Part shown: in pieces, positions 10,496 through 18,247 of the stretch
Position numbering within the stretch: position 1 is the first letter of the stretch
How the letters are laid out: each line of letters opens with the position of its first letter
Origin: a virus
Lineage: Duplodnaviria; Caudoviricetes
Strand: one strand, 5' to 3'
DNA length: 64,000 nt
IMG/VR virus record: IMGVR_UViG_3300014204_000122
Span: 64,001 to 128,000 of that record
The notes under the pieces: generated by a model
Databases searched by the model: none
What the model saw: the letters and a program-made list of their open reading frames with translations, nothing else
What the model was told of the DNA's origin: nothing
Position numbers and translations under genes: made by a program

Positions 10496-12457
10496 TTAAA
10501 TGTATTTGTAAATATCATCTTCAACAGAAATTCCCCATGTTTCATCAGTAATATCGTTTGATAATTCTATATTATTATATTCTTCATAGAACCATAATGA
10601 ATATATTTGATTTTTTTTATCTTGAAATATAAAACCATAATCATAAAATACCATATCGTTATATCCTTCTTTAATATAATCTAATTCTTCAATTATTTCA
10701 TAATTTTCATTTGCTTTAATAAGATTATAATTTTTTTCTATAAATTTTATTTTCTCTGTACTATTTGTGTTAATTACTGTTGAAAAAGGGTAAAGATTTC
10801 TGATTGCAGAATTAGTATTAGTAGGACCATCATAATAAACGGTTTTAGAATCTTCATCAATTTTAACATGATCTTCAATAAATTTATTTTTTATAATATA
10901 ATTTGAATATTTATTTATAAGATATTCTTCAACTTTTTCAGATACAGTTGGAATGAGAATCCAAACTATTTTTTTTTCTTCGTCAACTTTAATTATTTTT
11001 TCTAATCTTTCATCTAATTTAATAGGTTTAATATATTTTGAATATGCCATTTGGCTATTTTCCAAAATAGGTGTTTTATTAATATTTTTATTATAATAAT
11101 CTTCTAAATTTTCTTCAGATTCAAAATATTTAATTTCACTTTTAATTGGATTAAAATTAACCATTTCTCTTCCTTTAATAATTATACCATCATATCCTAG
11201 TTTTAACATTTCAACTTCAATAGTAGTATCTTTACGAAAATCTCTTTTGTCTTTATATTTTTTTGCTATATTACCCCAAAACCAAATTTCCCAATCATTT
11301 AATGTATTAAAAGTTTTAGGGTTTTTAGGAATAGCACCTAATACAAAATGAATCTTACCAAAAGGTTTAGCCATTTGATGATTAGATAAACAAGCTGTAT
11401 ATAAACCATCTCCTAACATTGCTCCACCACCGTTAGGGACTCCTTTTTCTCTCATTCCTCTAACTGTAACGTTTTTACGTTTCCATTTTAAATAATCAGA
11501 GTGAACATCTTCTAATAAATTTTCTTTTTTTAATAAAGATGTATGTTGTATAGTTTTTTCTCCATCTTTAGTAGGTTCAGAATAAACTATTTTTTCAGGA
11601 TTAACTACATATGTTTGATCTTTAAACATATCAATATATTTTTGTCCCTTTCCAGATTTTAAATAAGCTATTGTCGAATGTGGATTGTAATCAGGATAAT
11701 CAGAATGATAAGGAAAAATATCTGTTAATTTTTTATTTATTGAATTTAAAATATTTTTTTTAGAATTATGCTCTCTACATTCAAATTTTAAAACATCATA
11801 TTCTTTATTCTCAAAACATGATATATTATATAATTCTAAAGCTGGTATTTTAAATTCCAAAATACAATCAATTATATCTTTATAACTTTCTATTTCTTTT
11901 GTTTTAAATCCATATAATAATGTTGTGTGTGGTTCAGTCTCTAAACCAAAAGTAGGTTTGTCATATATATCTTCAGTATTTATTTTTTTTTGAATTTCTT
12001 TTAATTTATCAAAATTAAAAAACAACATAGCACATCCATATTCATATTTAGGCTTAGTTCTTTCTTCTAATAATACTTTTTTATTAGTAAGTTTCTCTAA
12101 CATTTCTACCATTGTTTTAACCTTTGATGGATTAAAACTTGATTTCACAGTGGTTGATACTAAATCTTTTCTAATATATCTTTGTATTTTATCATCTAGA
12201 TAATTTTTATCTTGTTTAGAAATTTTCTTTTTAATTATTCTTTCTATAATGTCAATAAGAGTTCTAGAATATGTTGAAGGTGAAATATTTCCTTTATTTA
12301 CTCCAGTTCCTAATTTAATCATCTTGTTTTGATCTTTTTCATTTAAATTCCCAATAGTATTAGCTTCTGGTATAGTTCTTTTAACGGCAGCCATTGCTAT
12401 ATTTAATATAACAAATCCTTGGTTATCATCTGAGGGAATAGGATAATTAATATTCAT
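10496..12457 (-). CDS. multidomain protein with a 2H phosphoesterase (T4 gp57B/Acb1-like) domain and a possible ART-like domain
   Basis: EPHTTLLYG and NPHSTIAY (two Hx[T/S] motifs); LGDGLY...GYDGIII module; internal tag copy EKLTNKKVLLEE. Confidence 0.65.
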   Translation of the reverse strand: MNINYPIPSDDNQGFVILNIAMAAVKRTIPEANTIGNLNEKDQNKMIKLGTGVNKGNISPSTYSRTLIDIIERIIKKKISKQDKNYLDDKIQRYIRKDLVSTTVKSSFNPSKVKTMVEMLEKLTNKKVLLEERTKPKYEYGCAMLFFNFDKLKEIQKKINTEDIYDKPTFGLETEPHTTLLYGFKTKEIESYKDIIDCILEFKIPALELYNISCFENKEYDVLKFECREHNSKKNILNSINKKLTDIFPYHSDYPDYNPHSTIAYLKSGKGQKYIDMFKDQTYVVNPEKIVYSEPTKDGEKTIQHTSLLKKENLLEDVHSDYLKWKRKNVTVRGMREKGVPNGGGAMLGDGLYTACLSNHQMAKPFGKIHFVLGAIPKNPKTFNTLNDWEIWFWGNIAKKYKDKRDFRKDTTIEVEMLKLGYDGIIIKGREMVNFNPIKSEIKYFESEENLEDYYNKNINKTPILENSQMAYSKYIKPIKLDERLEKIIKVDEEKKIVWILIPTVSEKVEEYLINKYSNYIIKNKFIEDHVKIDEDSKTVYYDGPTNTNSAIRNLYPFSTVINTNSTEKIKFIEKNYNLIKANENYEIIEELDYIKEGYNDMVFYDYGFIFQDKKNQIYSLWFYEEYNNIELSNDITDETWGISVEDDIYKYI

Positions 12458-12461
12458 TGTT

Positions 12462-12899
12462 TTATTTATCTTCTAATAATACTTTTTTGTTAGTAAATTT
12501 TTCTAGTTTTTCTATTAAAACTTCTAGATTTTTATTAAAATTTTCAACATAAATATATTTTTTTACATTACTATGCTCTTCTATCTCTTTTTTCGTAAAT
12601 ATAAGCGCATTAGAAGCAATATTAAATGTTCCGCCTACTTCTCTAGGGCAATTTTCTAAACTCTTTAAATCATTATTAAACACATTAAAATCGCCTGTGA
12701 CAGAAATAAAATTAACAGGAATTTCTTTTAAACTGCAATTAGGAAGCTCTATACTGCCATTAACTCTAACTTGATAATCAGAATAATAATCTTTTAATAT
12801 ATTTAATTGTTCTAACTCTATATTTCCTTTATATAATAGTTCATTGTGGATTTTATCACTAGTTATAGTAACATTTTGATCAAAAATTTCTTTTTTCAT
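12462..12899 (-). CDS. LRR-like protein with C-terminal tag
   Basis: VTGDFNVFNNDLKSLENCPREVGGTF repeat; ends LIEKLEKFTNKKVLLEDK; ATG at 12899 preferred over the GTG at 12950. Confidence 0.65.
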   Translation of the reverse strand: MKKEIFDQNVTITSDKIHNELLYKGNIELEQLNILKDYYSDYQVRVNGSIELPNCSLKEIPVNFISVTGDFNVFNNDLKSLENCPREVGGTFNIASNALIFTKKEIEEHSNVKKYIYVENFNKNLEVLIEKLEKFTNKKVLLEDK

Positions 12900-13030
12900 T
12901 TTAAATTTGTTTTTTAAAAGTAAAGGTGGCGCTTTTAAACAGACAACCACCTTTTTAACTCATTAAGCTCATAACCATAATTAAATATTAAAAAAAATAA
13001 AAAAATTATATATTTAAAAATAAAATTAAC

Positions 13031-13690
13031 ATGAAAGAGATACAATTAGCCAAAATACTTGTAGATTATTACGAAAACAAAGGATATGAATGTTATAAAG
13101 AAGTGAGTTCATCAGGTAGTGGTGGATCTAAAAGAGCTGATTGTTATTTTATAAAAAAAGAAAATGGAGAAATAATTGATTCTTTTTCAGTTGAAACTAA
13201 AATGACACTGGGATTAAATGTTATAGAACAAGCTTATAAGTGGAAACCTCAAGCAAAACGTGTATATGTGGGAGTTCCTCGATTGAAAAGAAAACCTGTA
13301 AAAGCAAGAAAGTTTGCAATGTTTGTTTGCAATAAATTAGGCATAGGTATTATTGAAATAGCAAAAGGAGATATTAAAATTATACAAGAGGTAGAAGATA
13401 ATTTAAAATATAAAATGCCACCATTATATGAAGAACAAAAAAAATCTAAAGCAGGAAATGCAAAATCTCAATTTTTTACAAAATATAAAAAAACTATAGC
13501 TAATATAGATAAATTTATGAAAGACAAAAAAGAATATAGTTTAAAAGATTTATTAAATCAAATAGAACATCATTATTCAAATAATCTTTCAGCACATGGA
13601 TGTATAATAAAGTATATTAAAAAGGGAATTATAAAAAATTATACTACTAAAAGAGGAAATAAGTGTATAATGTTAGTTAAAATTAAATAA
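13031..13690 (+). CDS. PD-(D/E)XK family nuclease-like protein
   Basis: YKEV..RADC..SVETK..VIEQA motif pattern. Confidence 0.65.
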   Translation: MKEIQLAKILVDYYENKGYECYKEVSSSGSGGSKRADCYFIKKENGEIIDSFSVETKMTLGLNVIEQAYKWKPQAKRVYVGVPRLKRKPVKARKFAMFVCNKLGIGIIEIAKGDIKIIQEVEDNLKYKMPPLYEEQKKSKAGNAKSQFFTKYKKTIANIDKFMKDKKEYSLKDLLNQIEHHYSNNLSAHGCIIKYIKKGIIKNYTTKRGNKCIMLVKIK

Positions 13691-13691
13691 G

Positions 13692-13772
13692 TTCCCACGA
13701 CAGGATTCAAACCCGCATTTTCAACATTCAATTACGTATACTTGATCCGTATTCAAGCTCGGTTACGTAGGA
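13692..13772 (-). ncRNA. D-arm-less tRNA-like RNA, anticodon ACG (Arg)
   Basis: Acceptor TCCTACG/CGTGGGA; hairpin CTTGA-ATACGGA-TCAAG; T arm GCGGG-TTTGAAT-CCTGT; only 8 nt between acceptor and anticodon stems. Confidence 0.6.
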
Positions 13773-13786
13773 ATAAAAATAAAAAG

Positions 13787-13882
13787 TCTAGTGTGAGGGA
13801 TTCGAACCCTCGGATAATACTACCTGTGTACCACCGCACGCTTCCAAGACGTGCATCTTAAACCTAACTCGACCAACACTAG
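13787..13882 (-). tRNA. tRNA-Pro(UGG) with long variable arm
   Basis: CTAGTGT/ACACTAG-A; CACGT-CTTGGAA-GCGTG; about 25-nt V region; TTCGAAT T loop. Confidence 0.8.
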
Positions 13883-13892
13883 TTATAATTAG

Positions 13893-13964
13893 TAGCCCTA
13901 GATTGATTCGAACAATCATCAAGTCATTCGTAGTGACCCATTCTATCCGTTGAACTATAGAGCC
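13893..13964 (-). tRNA. tRNA-Arg(ACG)
   Basis: Cloverleaf with GGTCA-CTACGAA-TGACT. Confidence 0.92.
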
Positions 13965-13973
13965 TCAAATTTG

Positions 13974-14058
13974 CTGATTAGGTACGACTCGAACGTACAA
14001 GCTCTTTACGAGCACTTGCTTCAAAGACAAGTGTGTTTACCAATTCCACCACTAATCA
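13974..14058 (-). tRNA. tRNA-Gln(UUG) with long variable arm
   Basis: TGATTAG/CTAATCA-G; CTTGT-CTTTGAA-GCAAG; V arm GCTC-GTAAA-GAGC. Confidence 0.8.
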
Positions 14059-14064
14059 ATATTG

Positions 14065-14137
14065 TATCCATAGATGGGTTTGAACCACCGACCGCCAAGG
14101 TATAAGCTTGGAACTCTGACCACTGAGTTATATGGAT
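14065..14137 (-). tRNA. tRNA-Ile(UAU)
   Basis: CCAAG-CTTATAC-CTTGG; acceptor ATCCATA/TATGGAT. Confidence 0.88.
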
Positions 14138-14160
14138 ATATTTCAATTAACTTAATCTAG

Positions 14161-14235
14161 TCGAGGTGGTGAGATTTGAACTCACGAACCGACGTTTCCA
14201 GGACGCCGTTGTATAACCATCTGCATAACACCTCG
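14161..14235 (-). tRNA. divergent tRNA-Pro(UGG)
   Basis: CGAGGTG/CACCTCG-A; GGCGT-CCTGGAA-ACGTC (C33, A37); weak D stem. Confidence 0.7.
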
Positions 14236-14248
14236 TTATATTTTTTTG

Positions 14249-14319
14249 TTGTCTTACAAGGATTCGAACCTTGAATACCTGGATCAAAACCAGATGTGTT
14301 ACCATTACACTATAAGACA
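14249..14319 (-). tRNA. tRNA-Gln(UUG)
   Basis: TCTGG-TTTTGAT-CCAGG; U1:A72. Confidence 0.92.
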
Positions 14320-14391
14320 ATATATTTTAAAATCTAATTCTATGTTTCTCTGTCTATCGATCCTTTAAATTAGTAACGGTCTCCTGTATCG

Positions 14392-14467
14392 TCTAGGTAG
14401 TGAAATTTGAATTCACGTGCTCTGCATCCCAAATGCAGCGAGATAAACCTGACTCCTCTATACCTAG
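14392..14467 (-). tRNA. tRNA-Pro(UGG)
   Basis: CTGCA-TTTGGGA-TGCAG; C1:G72, A73. Confidence 0.92.
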
Positions 14468-14490
14468 TTATATATTTTTAAATTTTAAGC

Positions 14491-14527
14491 AAAAAAAAAT
14501 CTCAATCAAATTACTGATTGAGATTTT
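14491..14527 (-). terminator. attenuator terminator of tRNA array 1
   Basis: AAAATCTCAATCAG-TAAT-TTGATTGAGATTTTTTTTT on the minus strand. Confidence 0.85.
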
Positions 14528-14559
14528 CTATTAAAATATGAAATATTAACGTAAAACTT

Positions 14560-14649
14560 TTAAATTTTAATATTCAATTTTAAACATGACTCAATCAGGC
14601 TGCTTCTGCGCGGCTGTTGAGGTATTTGTATGTTTAAAATTGCGTTCAT
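14560..14649 (-). CDS. leader peptide 1 (MNAILNIQIPQQPRRSSLIESCLKLNIKI)
   Basis: 29-codon ORF between promoter repeat and terminator; codons 7-14 ATA CAA ATA CCT CAA CAG CCG CGC match array 1 tRNAs. Confidence 0.8.
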   Translation of the reverse strand: MNAILNIQIPQQPRRSSLIESCLKLNIKI

Positions 14650-14664
14650 TTTGTTTATTTTATT

Positions 14665-14767
14665 TTTAAATATTACTTTTTTATTTATTTATTATTAATA
14701 TAAGAAATTATTTTTGTTTTATTTCTATTTTGATACCCTAAAGATATATTTTTTTATAATACAAACC
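14665..14767 (-). promoter_or_regulatory. composite promoter block of tRNA array 1 (repeat copy A)
   Basis: About 100 bp nearly identical to 18125-18227; carries TTTG..TATCTTTAG, TTCTTATATT and ATATTTAAA elements. Confidence 0.7.
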
Positions 14768-15180
14768 TAATATTTTGAATTATTTTTTAACACTATACCA
14801 TTTTTATAAACTTCATACTCATAAAAACGAGGTAATCCATATTTTAGAGCTTCTGCTAAATCTGTCCATTCTTCTTCAGAAACCATATCATCTGGATAAG
14901 AAAAATTACCTTTTAAATGAGCAGGTATAGGTCTTAAATTAACTAAAACTAATTCACCTTCACCACCTTTAACATCTATTGCTAATTCTTCTGTGCTCCA
15001 ATCTGATTTAGTATCGATAATTTCTTCAACTCTATCACGAATTTCTTTTTGTGTATAAATTTTAGGTGTTGGAGGATCAGGAAACATATCTTCTTTCAAA
15101 ATTATTTTTTTTCCTGAAATTCTTTGTAATTTTTCAGTAAGCAATTGTATCTCTAATTGTTTTTCCTTTTCTGATTTCAT
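14767..15180 (-). CDS. tagged putative internal head protein
   Basis: MKSEKEKQLEIQLLTEKLQRISGKKIILKE tag. Confidence 0.75.
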   Translation of the reverse strand: MKSEKEKQLEIQLLTEKLQRISGKKIILKEDMFPDPPTPKIYTQKEIRDRVEEIIDTKSDWSTEELAIDVKGGEGELVLVNLRPIPAHLKGNFSYPDDMVSEEEWTDLAEALKYGLPRFYEYEVYKNGIVLKNNSKY

Positions 15181-15181
15181 T

Positions 15182-15568
15182 CTATTTTTCTTCTATATCT
15201 TCAATTTCTACATCACTATTTTCAAAATCTATAGGTTCTACACTTATTTGTGGTTGAGTTTCTTCTCCCTCTAATGCTTTATCAACACTGATAATTTCAC
15301 AAGAAACTATGTTAGTGAATACTTTTAATCTTTTATCAATTGCATTTTTAAGTTCTTCTTCTGAAGGTTCAAGATTATTTGTAATTATAATTTTACCTTC
15401 AATAAGAGTAGGTTCAAACCCTTCAAATAAAACAGATACTTTAAATAAATAAGTAATATTGTTCCAATAACTATTCATTTCTGTAAAAACTACTTTCTTG
15501 CCAGATATTCTTTGAATTTTTTCTGTAAGTAATTGTATCTCTAATTGTTTTTCTTTTTCTGTTTTCAT
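15182..15568 (-). CDS. tagged putative internal head protein
   Basis: N-terminal tag ending VVFTE. Confidence 0.75.
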   Translation of the reverse strand: MKTEKEKQLEIQLLTEKIQRISGKKVVFTEMNSYWNNITYLFKVSVLFEGFEPTLIEGKIIITNNLEPSEEELKNAIDKRLKVFTNIVSCEIISVDKALEGEETQPQISVEPIDFENSDVEIEDIEEK

Positions 15569-15580
15569 TATTGTTTATAG

Positions 15581-15838
15581 TTATACAGTTATTTTATTCC
15601 AAAAATCATTTAATTTTTTATCTGCACCCACTGCTAATTGAATTATGTCTTTAGATATAGGTCCTCCTATGATTTTAGCTGATTCTATAATGGCTTTTAA
15701 TTTTTCTGCTACTATTAAAATATCTTTTATATTATTAGTGGCTTCGTTTTCTTTTAAAACTACTTTCTTGCCAGATATTCTTTGGATCTTTTCAGTAAGT
15801 AATTGAATTTCTAATTGTTTTTCTTTTTCTGTTTTCAT
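15581..15838 (-). CDS. tagged putative internal head protein
   Basis: N-terminal tag ending VVLKE. Confidence 0.75.
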   Translation of the reverse strand: MKTEKEKQLEIQLLTEKIQRISGKKVVLKENEATNNIKDILIVAEKLKAIIESAKIIGGPISKDIIQLAVGADKKLNDFWNKITV

Positions 15839-15844
15839 TATTAA

Positions 15845-16261
15845 TTAAATACTGATTGTTTTTACTTCTTGAATATTTAGTTTTCCTGGAACTACTATAA
15901 AAGTAACATTTTCACAAGTCCATTTATCATAATCATCGAATGATTCATGTTTGCACTCTTCAATAAGCTCTAAAGCATCTTCTGATTCTTTTTTATCTAT
16001 AAGAGTTAAAAAATTAAGTAAGGCAATTTTTCTATTGATTCCTTTTACATAACTTATTTCTGAAACGTCTGCATTTCCTGAATTAGATTGTGAATAAACA
16101 GTAAATATTTTTTCTTCTTCTTGAGGTTCTCCTGGTTCCATAAGTTCTTCGATAATATCTTTGTCTTCACTTTCTGTAAAAACCACTTTCTTGCCAGATA
16201 TTCTTTGAATTTTTTCTGTAAGTAATTGTATCTCTAATTGTTTTTCTTTTTCTGATTTCAT
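15845..16261 (-). CDS. tagged putative internal head protein
   Basis: N-terminal tag ending VVFTE. Confidence 0.75.
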   Translation of the reverse strand: MKSEKEKQLEIQLLTEKIQRISGKKVVFTESEDKDIIEELMEPGEPQEEEKIFTVYSQSNSGNADVSEISYVKGINRKIALLNFLTLIDKKESEDALELIEECKHESFDDYDKWTCENVTFIVVPGKLNIQEVKTISI

Positions 16262-16296
16262 TTTATTTATATTTTAATTATTTACTTTAAATATAA

Positions 16297-16920
16297 TTAA
16301 TTTGGTTTTCCTACTAAAATTTTATAATGTTTTTCACCTGCAATGTCTCTTAAATACCAGCCTTCTTTTATATTAGATCCTTTAGGATTCTCTCCAACCC
16401 ATGTTACTTTCTTTCCTAATACTTGTTCTACTTCTTGTTGATTGTTTATAATAGGTACATTATATCTTTCTAGAACTTTCATTATTCTATTATCAACTTC
16501 ACAATAAAAACCTTGATTCTTTACTTTATTTGCAGCTCTTTCAAAATAAGATATAATAGAAGCTCTTGCTCCATCGTGTCCTACTCCTACTAATTTAATA
16601 CCGTGTTTAGTATTTTTTCCAAAATATAATACATCTATATCAGGATCTTGATCTATATCTACTACTTCTACATAAGAAAAATCATCATTTGATAAAATAT
16701 CATTTGTTGACTTTATATTACTATGACCTCCAATTTGAGAATATGCTATATTAATAAGTTCAAGAAATTCATCTACTAGTTCTGGGTGAGATTTTATATT
16801 GATTTTCTCCCACTCATGTTTTTTTAATCCTAATTTTGATGATTCTTTTTCTATAAGAATGACTTTGCTTTTAGAAATTTTTTCTAATTTTTCAATTAAT
16901 AATTGTAAAATAGGTTTCAT
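16297..16920 (-). CDS. protein with divergent N-terminal tag
   Basis: MKPILQLLIEKLEKISKSKVILIE. Confidence 0.7.
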   Translation of the reverse strand: MKPILQLLIEKLEKISKSKVILIEKESSKLGLKKHEWEKINIKSHPELVDEFLELINIAYSQIGGHSNIKSTNDILSNDDFSYVEVVDIDQDPDIDVLYFGKNTKHGIKLVGVGHDGARASIISYFERAANKVKNQGFYCEVDNRIMKVLERYNVPIINNQQEVEQVLGKKVTWVGENPKGSNIKEGWYLRDIAGEKHYKILVGKPN

Positions 16921-16985
16921 TTATAGCATTTTATTATAAATATAGGAAAGTAAAATATAAAAATTAAATTTTATAATATTTTTTG

Positions 16986-17068
16986 TACTCTAGGTCAGAC
17001 TCGAACTGACACGCTTGAGGGCGACGACGCTTAAAATCGTTGTGTACTACCAATTTCACCACTAGAGC
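16986..17068 (-). tRNA. tRNA-Leu(UAA)
   Basis: ACGAT-TTTAAGC-GTCGT; long V arm. Confidence 0.9.
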
Positions 17069-17073
17069 ATTTG

Positions 17074-17155
17074 TGATCTAAGAGAGATTTGAACTCTCAC
17101 TATTTACATAATTAGCTTCTTAAACTAACGTGTCTACCAATTCCACCATTAGACC
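17074..17155 (-). tRNA. tRNA-Leu(AAG)
   Basis: TTAGT-TTAAGAA-GCTAA; Leu-type D arm. Confidence 0.88.
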
Positions 17156-17163
17156 ATATTTTG

Positions 17164-17253
17164 CGGAAGATGAGGGGGTCGAACCCTCGTAACGGTTTTT
17201 AAGCGTCCTAATTGTTTAGCAAACAATCCTCTTTACCATTTGAGTAACCTTCC
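17164..17253 (-). tRNA. tRNA-Ser(GCU)
   Basis: ATTGT-TTGCTAA-ACAAT; long V arm; G73. Confidence 0.92.
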
Positions 17254-17265
17254 ATTTTATTTTTG

Positions 17266-17340
17266 TAGATTAGAAGGGAGTCGAACCCTCACTGAATAGT
17301 TTCTAAAACTATTGCCTCTTAACCATTGGGCTACTAATCC
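17266..17340 (-). tRNA. tRNA-Leu(UAG) with short variable loop
   Basis: ATAGT-TTTAGAA-ACTAT followed by a 5-nt V loop. Confidence 0.82.
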
Positions 17341-17354
17341 ATTTATATTTTTTG

Positions 17355-17445
17355 TACTCCAGGTCGGACTCGAACCGACAGTGTTTTCTCAATGAGTGTC
17401 ACCGTTTAAAAGTGATGCGTTTCAACCAAGTTTCGCCACTGGAGC
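17355..17445 (-). tRNA. tRNA-Leu(UAA)
   Basis: TCACT-TTTAAAC-GGTGA; long V arm. Confidence 0.9.
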
Positions 17446-17464
17446 ATATTTATTTTTTTATTTG

Positions 17465-17537
17465 GGTGAAAACGGGGCTCGAACCCTGTCCTAGATATTC
17501 ACAGTATCTCATGCTAACCAATAACACTATTTTCACC
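17465..17537 (-). tRNA. tRNA-His(GUG)
   Basis: G-1:C73; AGATA-CTGTGAA-TATCT. Confidence 0.9.
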
Positions 17538-17546
17538 ATATATTTG

Positions 17547-17639
17547 CGGAAGAAGTAGGATTCGAACCCACACACCCCTAAAGGCCCTCGGTTTTCAAGA
17601 CCGCCGCCGCTACCCTGCAAGCTTTCGGCTTATTCTTCC
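17547..17639 (-). tRNA. tRNA-Ser(UGA) with expanded D arm
   Basis: GCGGT-CTTGAAA-ACCGA; D arm GCCG-16nt-CGGC; G73. Confidence 0.82.
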
Positions 17640-17653
17640 ATTTTTTTATTTAG

Positions 17654-17743
17654 GGTGAAAGACGAGTCACGATCTCGCATTAAGTTGTTACACTATTCCA
17701 GAACCACAATCTGGTCGGCATCCAATTACCGGCTACTAACACC
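17654..17743 (-). tRNA. divergent tRNA-His(GUG) with long variable region
   Basis: G-1:C73; CCAGA-TTGTGGT-TCTGG; 19-nt V region; atypical D and T loops; two U.U acceptor mismatches. Confidence 0.65.
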
Positions 17744-17831
17744 ATATATTTTTAAAATAATATTATAAGCCGTACACTTTTCACAGTCGCTATGGGTTTC
17801 AACCATTTAGTACTTATAATATTATTTAAAG

Positions 17832-17915
17832 CGGAAGAAGAGAGATTCGAACTCTCGAAGCTTTTACACCCAGTTGTTTTCAAAACAATGTCCTCATGCC
17901 TACCGGATTTCTTCC
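17832..17915 (-). tRNA. tRNA-Ser(UGA), atypical D arm
   Basis: GGAAGAA/TTCTTCC-G; TTGT-TTTGAAA-ACAA; long V arm. Confidence 0.8.
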
Positions 17916-17936
17916 AAATTTATTTTTTTTACAATT

Positions 17937-17948
17937 ATTTCAATGAAC
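17937..17948 (-). promoter_or_regulatory. boxA-like antitermination element
   Basis: GTTCATTGAAAT between the terminator and the first tRNA. Confidence 0.55.
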
Positions 17949-17959
17949 TATATACAAAC

Positions 17960-18000
17960 AAAAAAAACCCTTGATCAATTTATTTAGATCAAGGGTTTTT
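17960..18000 (-). terminator. attenuator terminator of tRNA array 2
   Basis: AAAAACCCTTGATC-10nt-GATCAAGGGTTTTTTTT. Confidence 0.88.
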
Positions 18001-18026
18001 AATATTAACTTTTAAAATTATAGAAA

Positions 18027-18119
18027 TTATCTTTTCGTTAAATCATACCTTGATCCACATCTGCTACTTGATAACAGGTGTAAATGCGATAACAACGATA
18101 TGATAACTATTTTTTTCAT
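18027..18119 (-). CDS. leader peptide 2 (MKKIVIISLLSHLHLLSSSRCGSRYDLTKR)
   Basis: 30-codon ORF; codons 8-19 are exclusively Ser/Leu/His, matching array 2. Confidence 0.82.
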   Translation of the reverse strand: MKKIVIISLLSHLHLLSSSRCGSRYDLTKR

Positions 18120-18124
18120 TTTCT

Positions 18125-18227
18125 TTTAAATATTACTTTTTTATTTATTTATTATTAATATAAGAAATTATTTTTGTTTTATTTCTATTTTAATGCTCTA
18201 AAGATATATTTTTTTATAATACTAACC
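18125..18227 (-). promoter_or_regulatory. composite promoter block of tRNA array 2 (repeat copy B)
   Basis: Near-identical to 14665-14767. Confidence 0.7.
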
Positions 18228-18247
18228 AAATTATTTTAAATTATTTT

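Noticed and set aside
14767-16261. Tag repeats as an insertion sequence/MITE or DGR repeat
   Set aside because: Copies stay in frame, vary mostly at synonymous positions, lack terminal inverted repeats, and there is no transposase or reverse transcriptase in the window
17547-17639. Selenocysteine tRNA, suggested by the extended D arm
   Set aside because: Anticodon is UGA (Ser), not UCA, and the acceptor stem is 7 bp
17763-17820. Additional tRNA in the array 2 spacer (contains CTGTGAA on the minus strand)
   Set aside because: Only an outer TTATAAG/CTTATAA stem and a small hairpin; no T arm or anticodon stem
17352-17974. ORFs 17352-17558 and 17792-17974 (+)
   Set aside because: Antisense to tRNA genes; spurious
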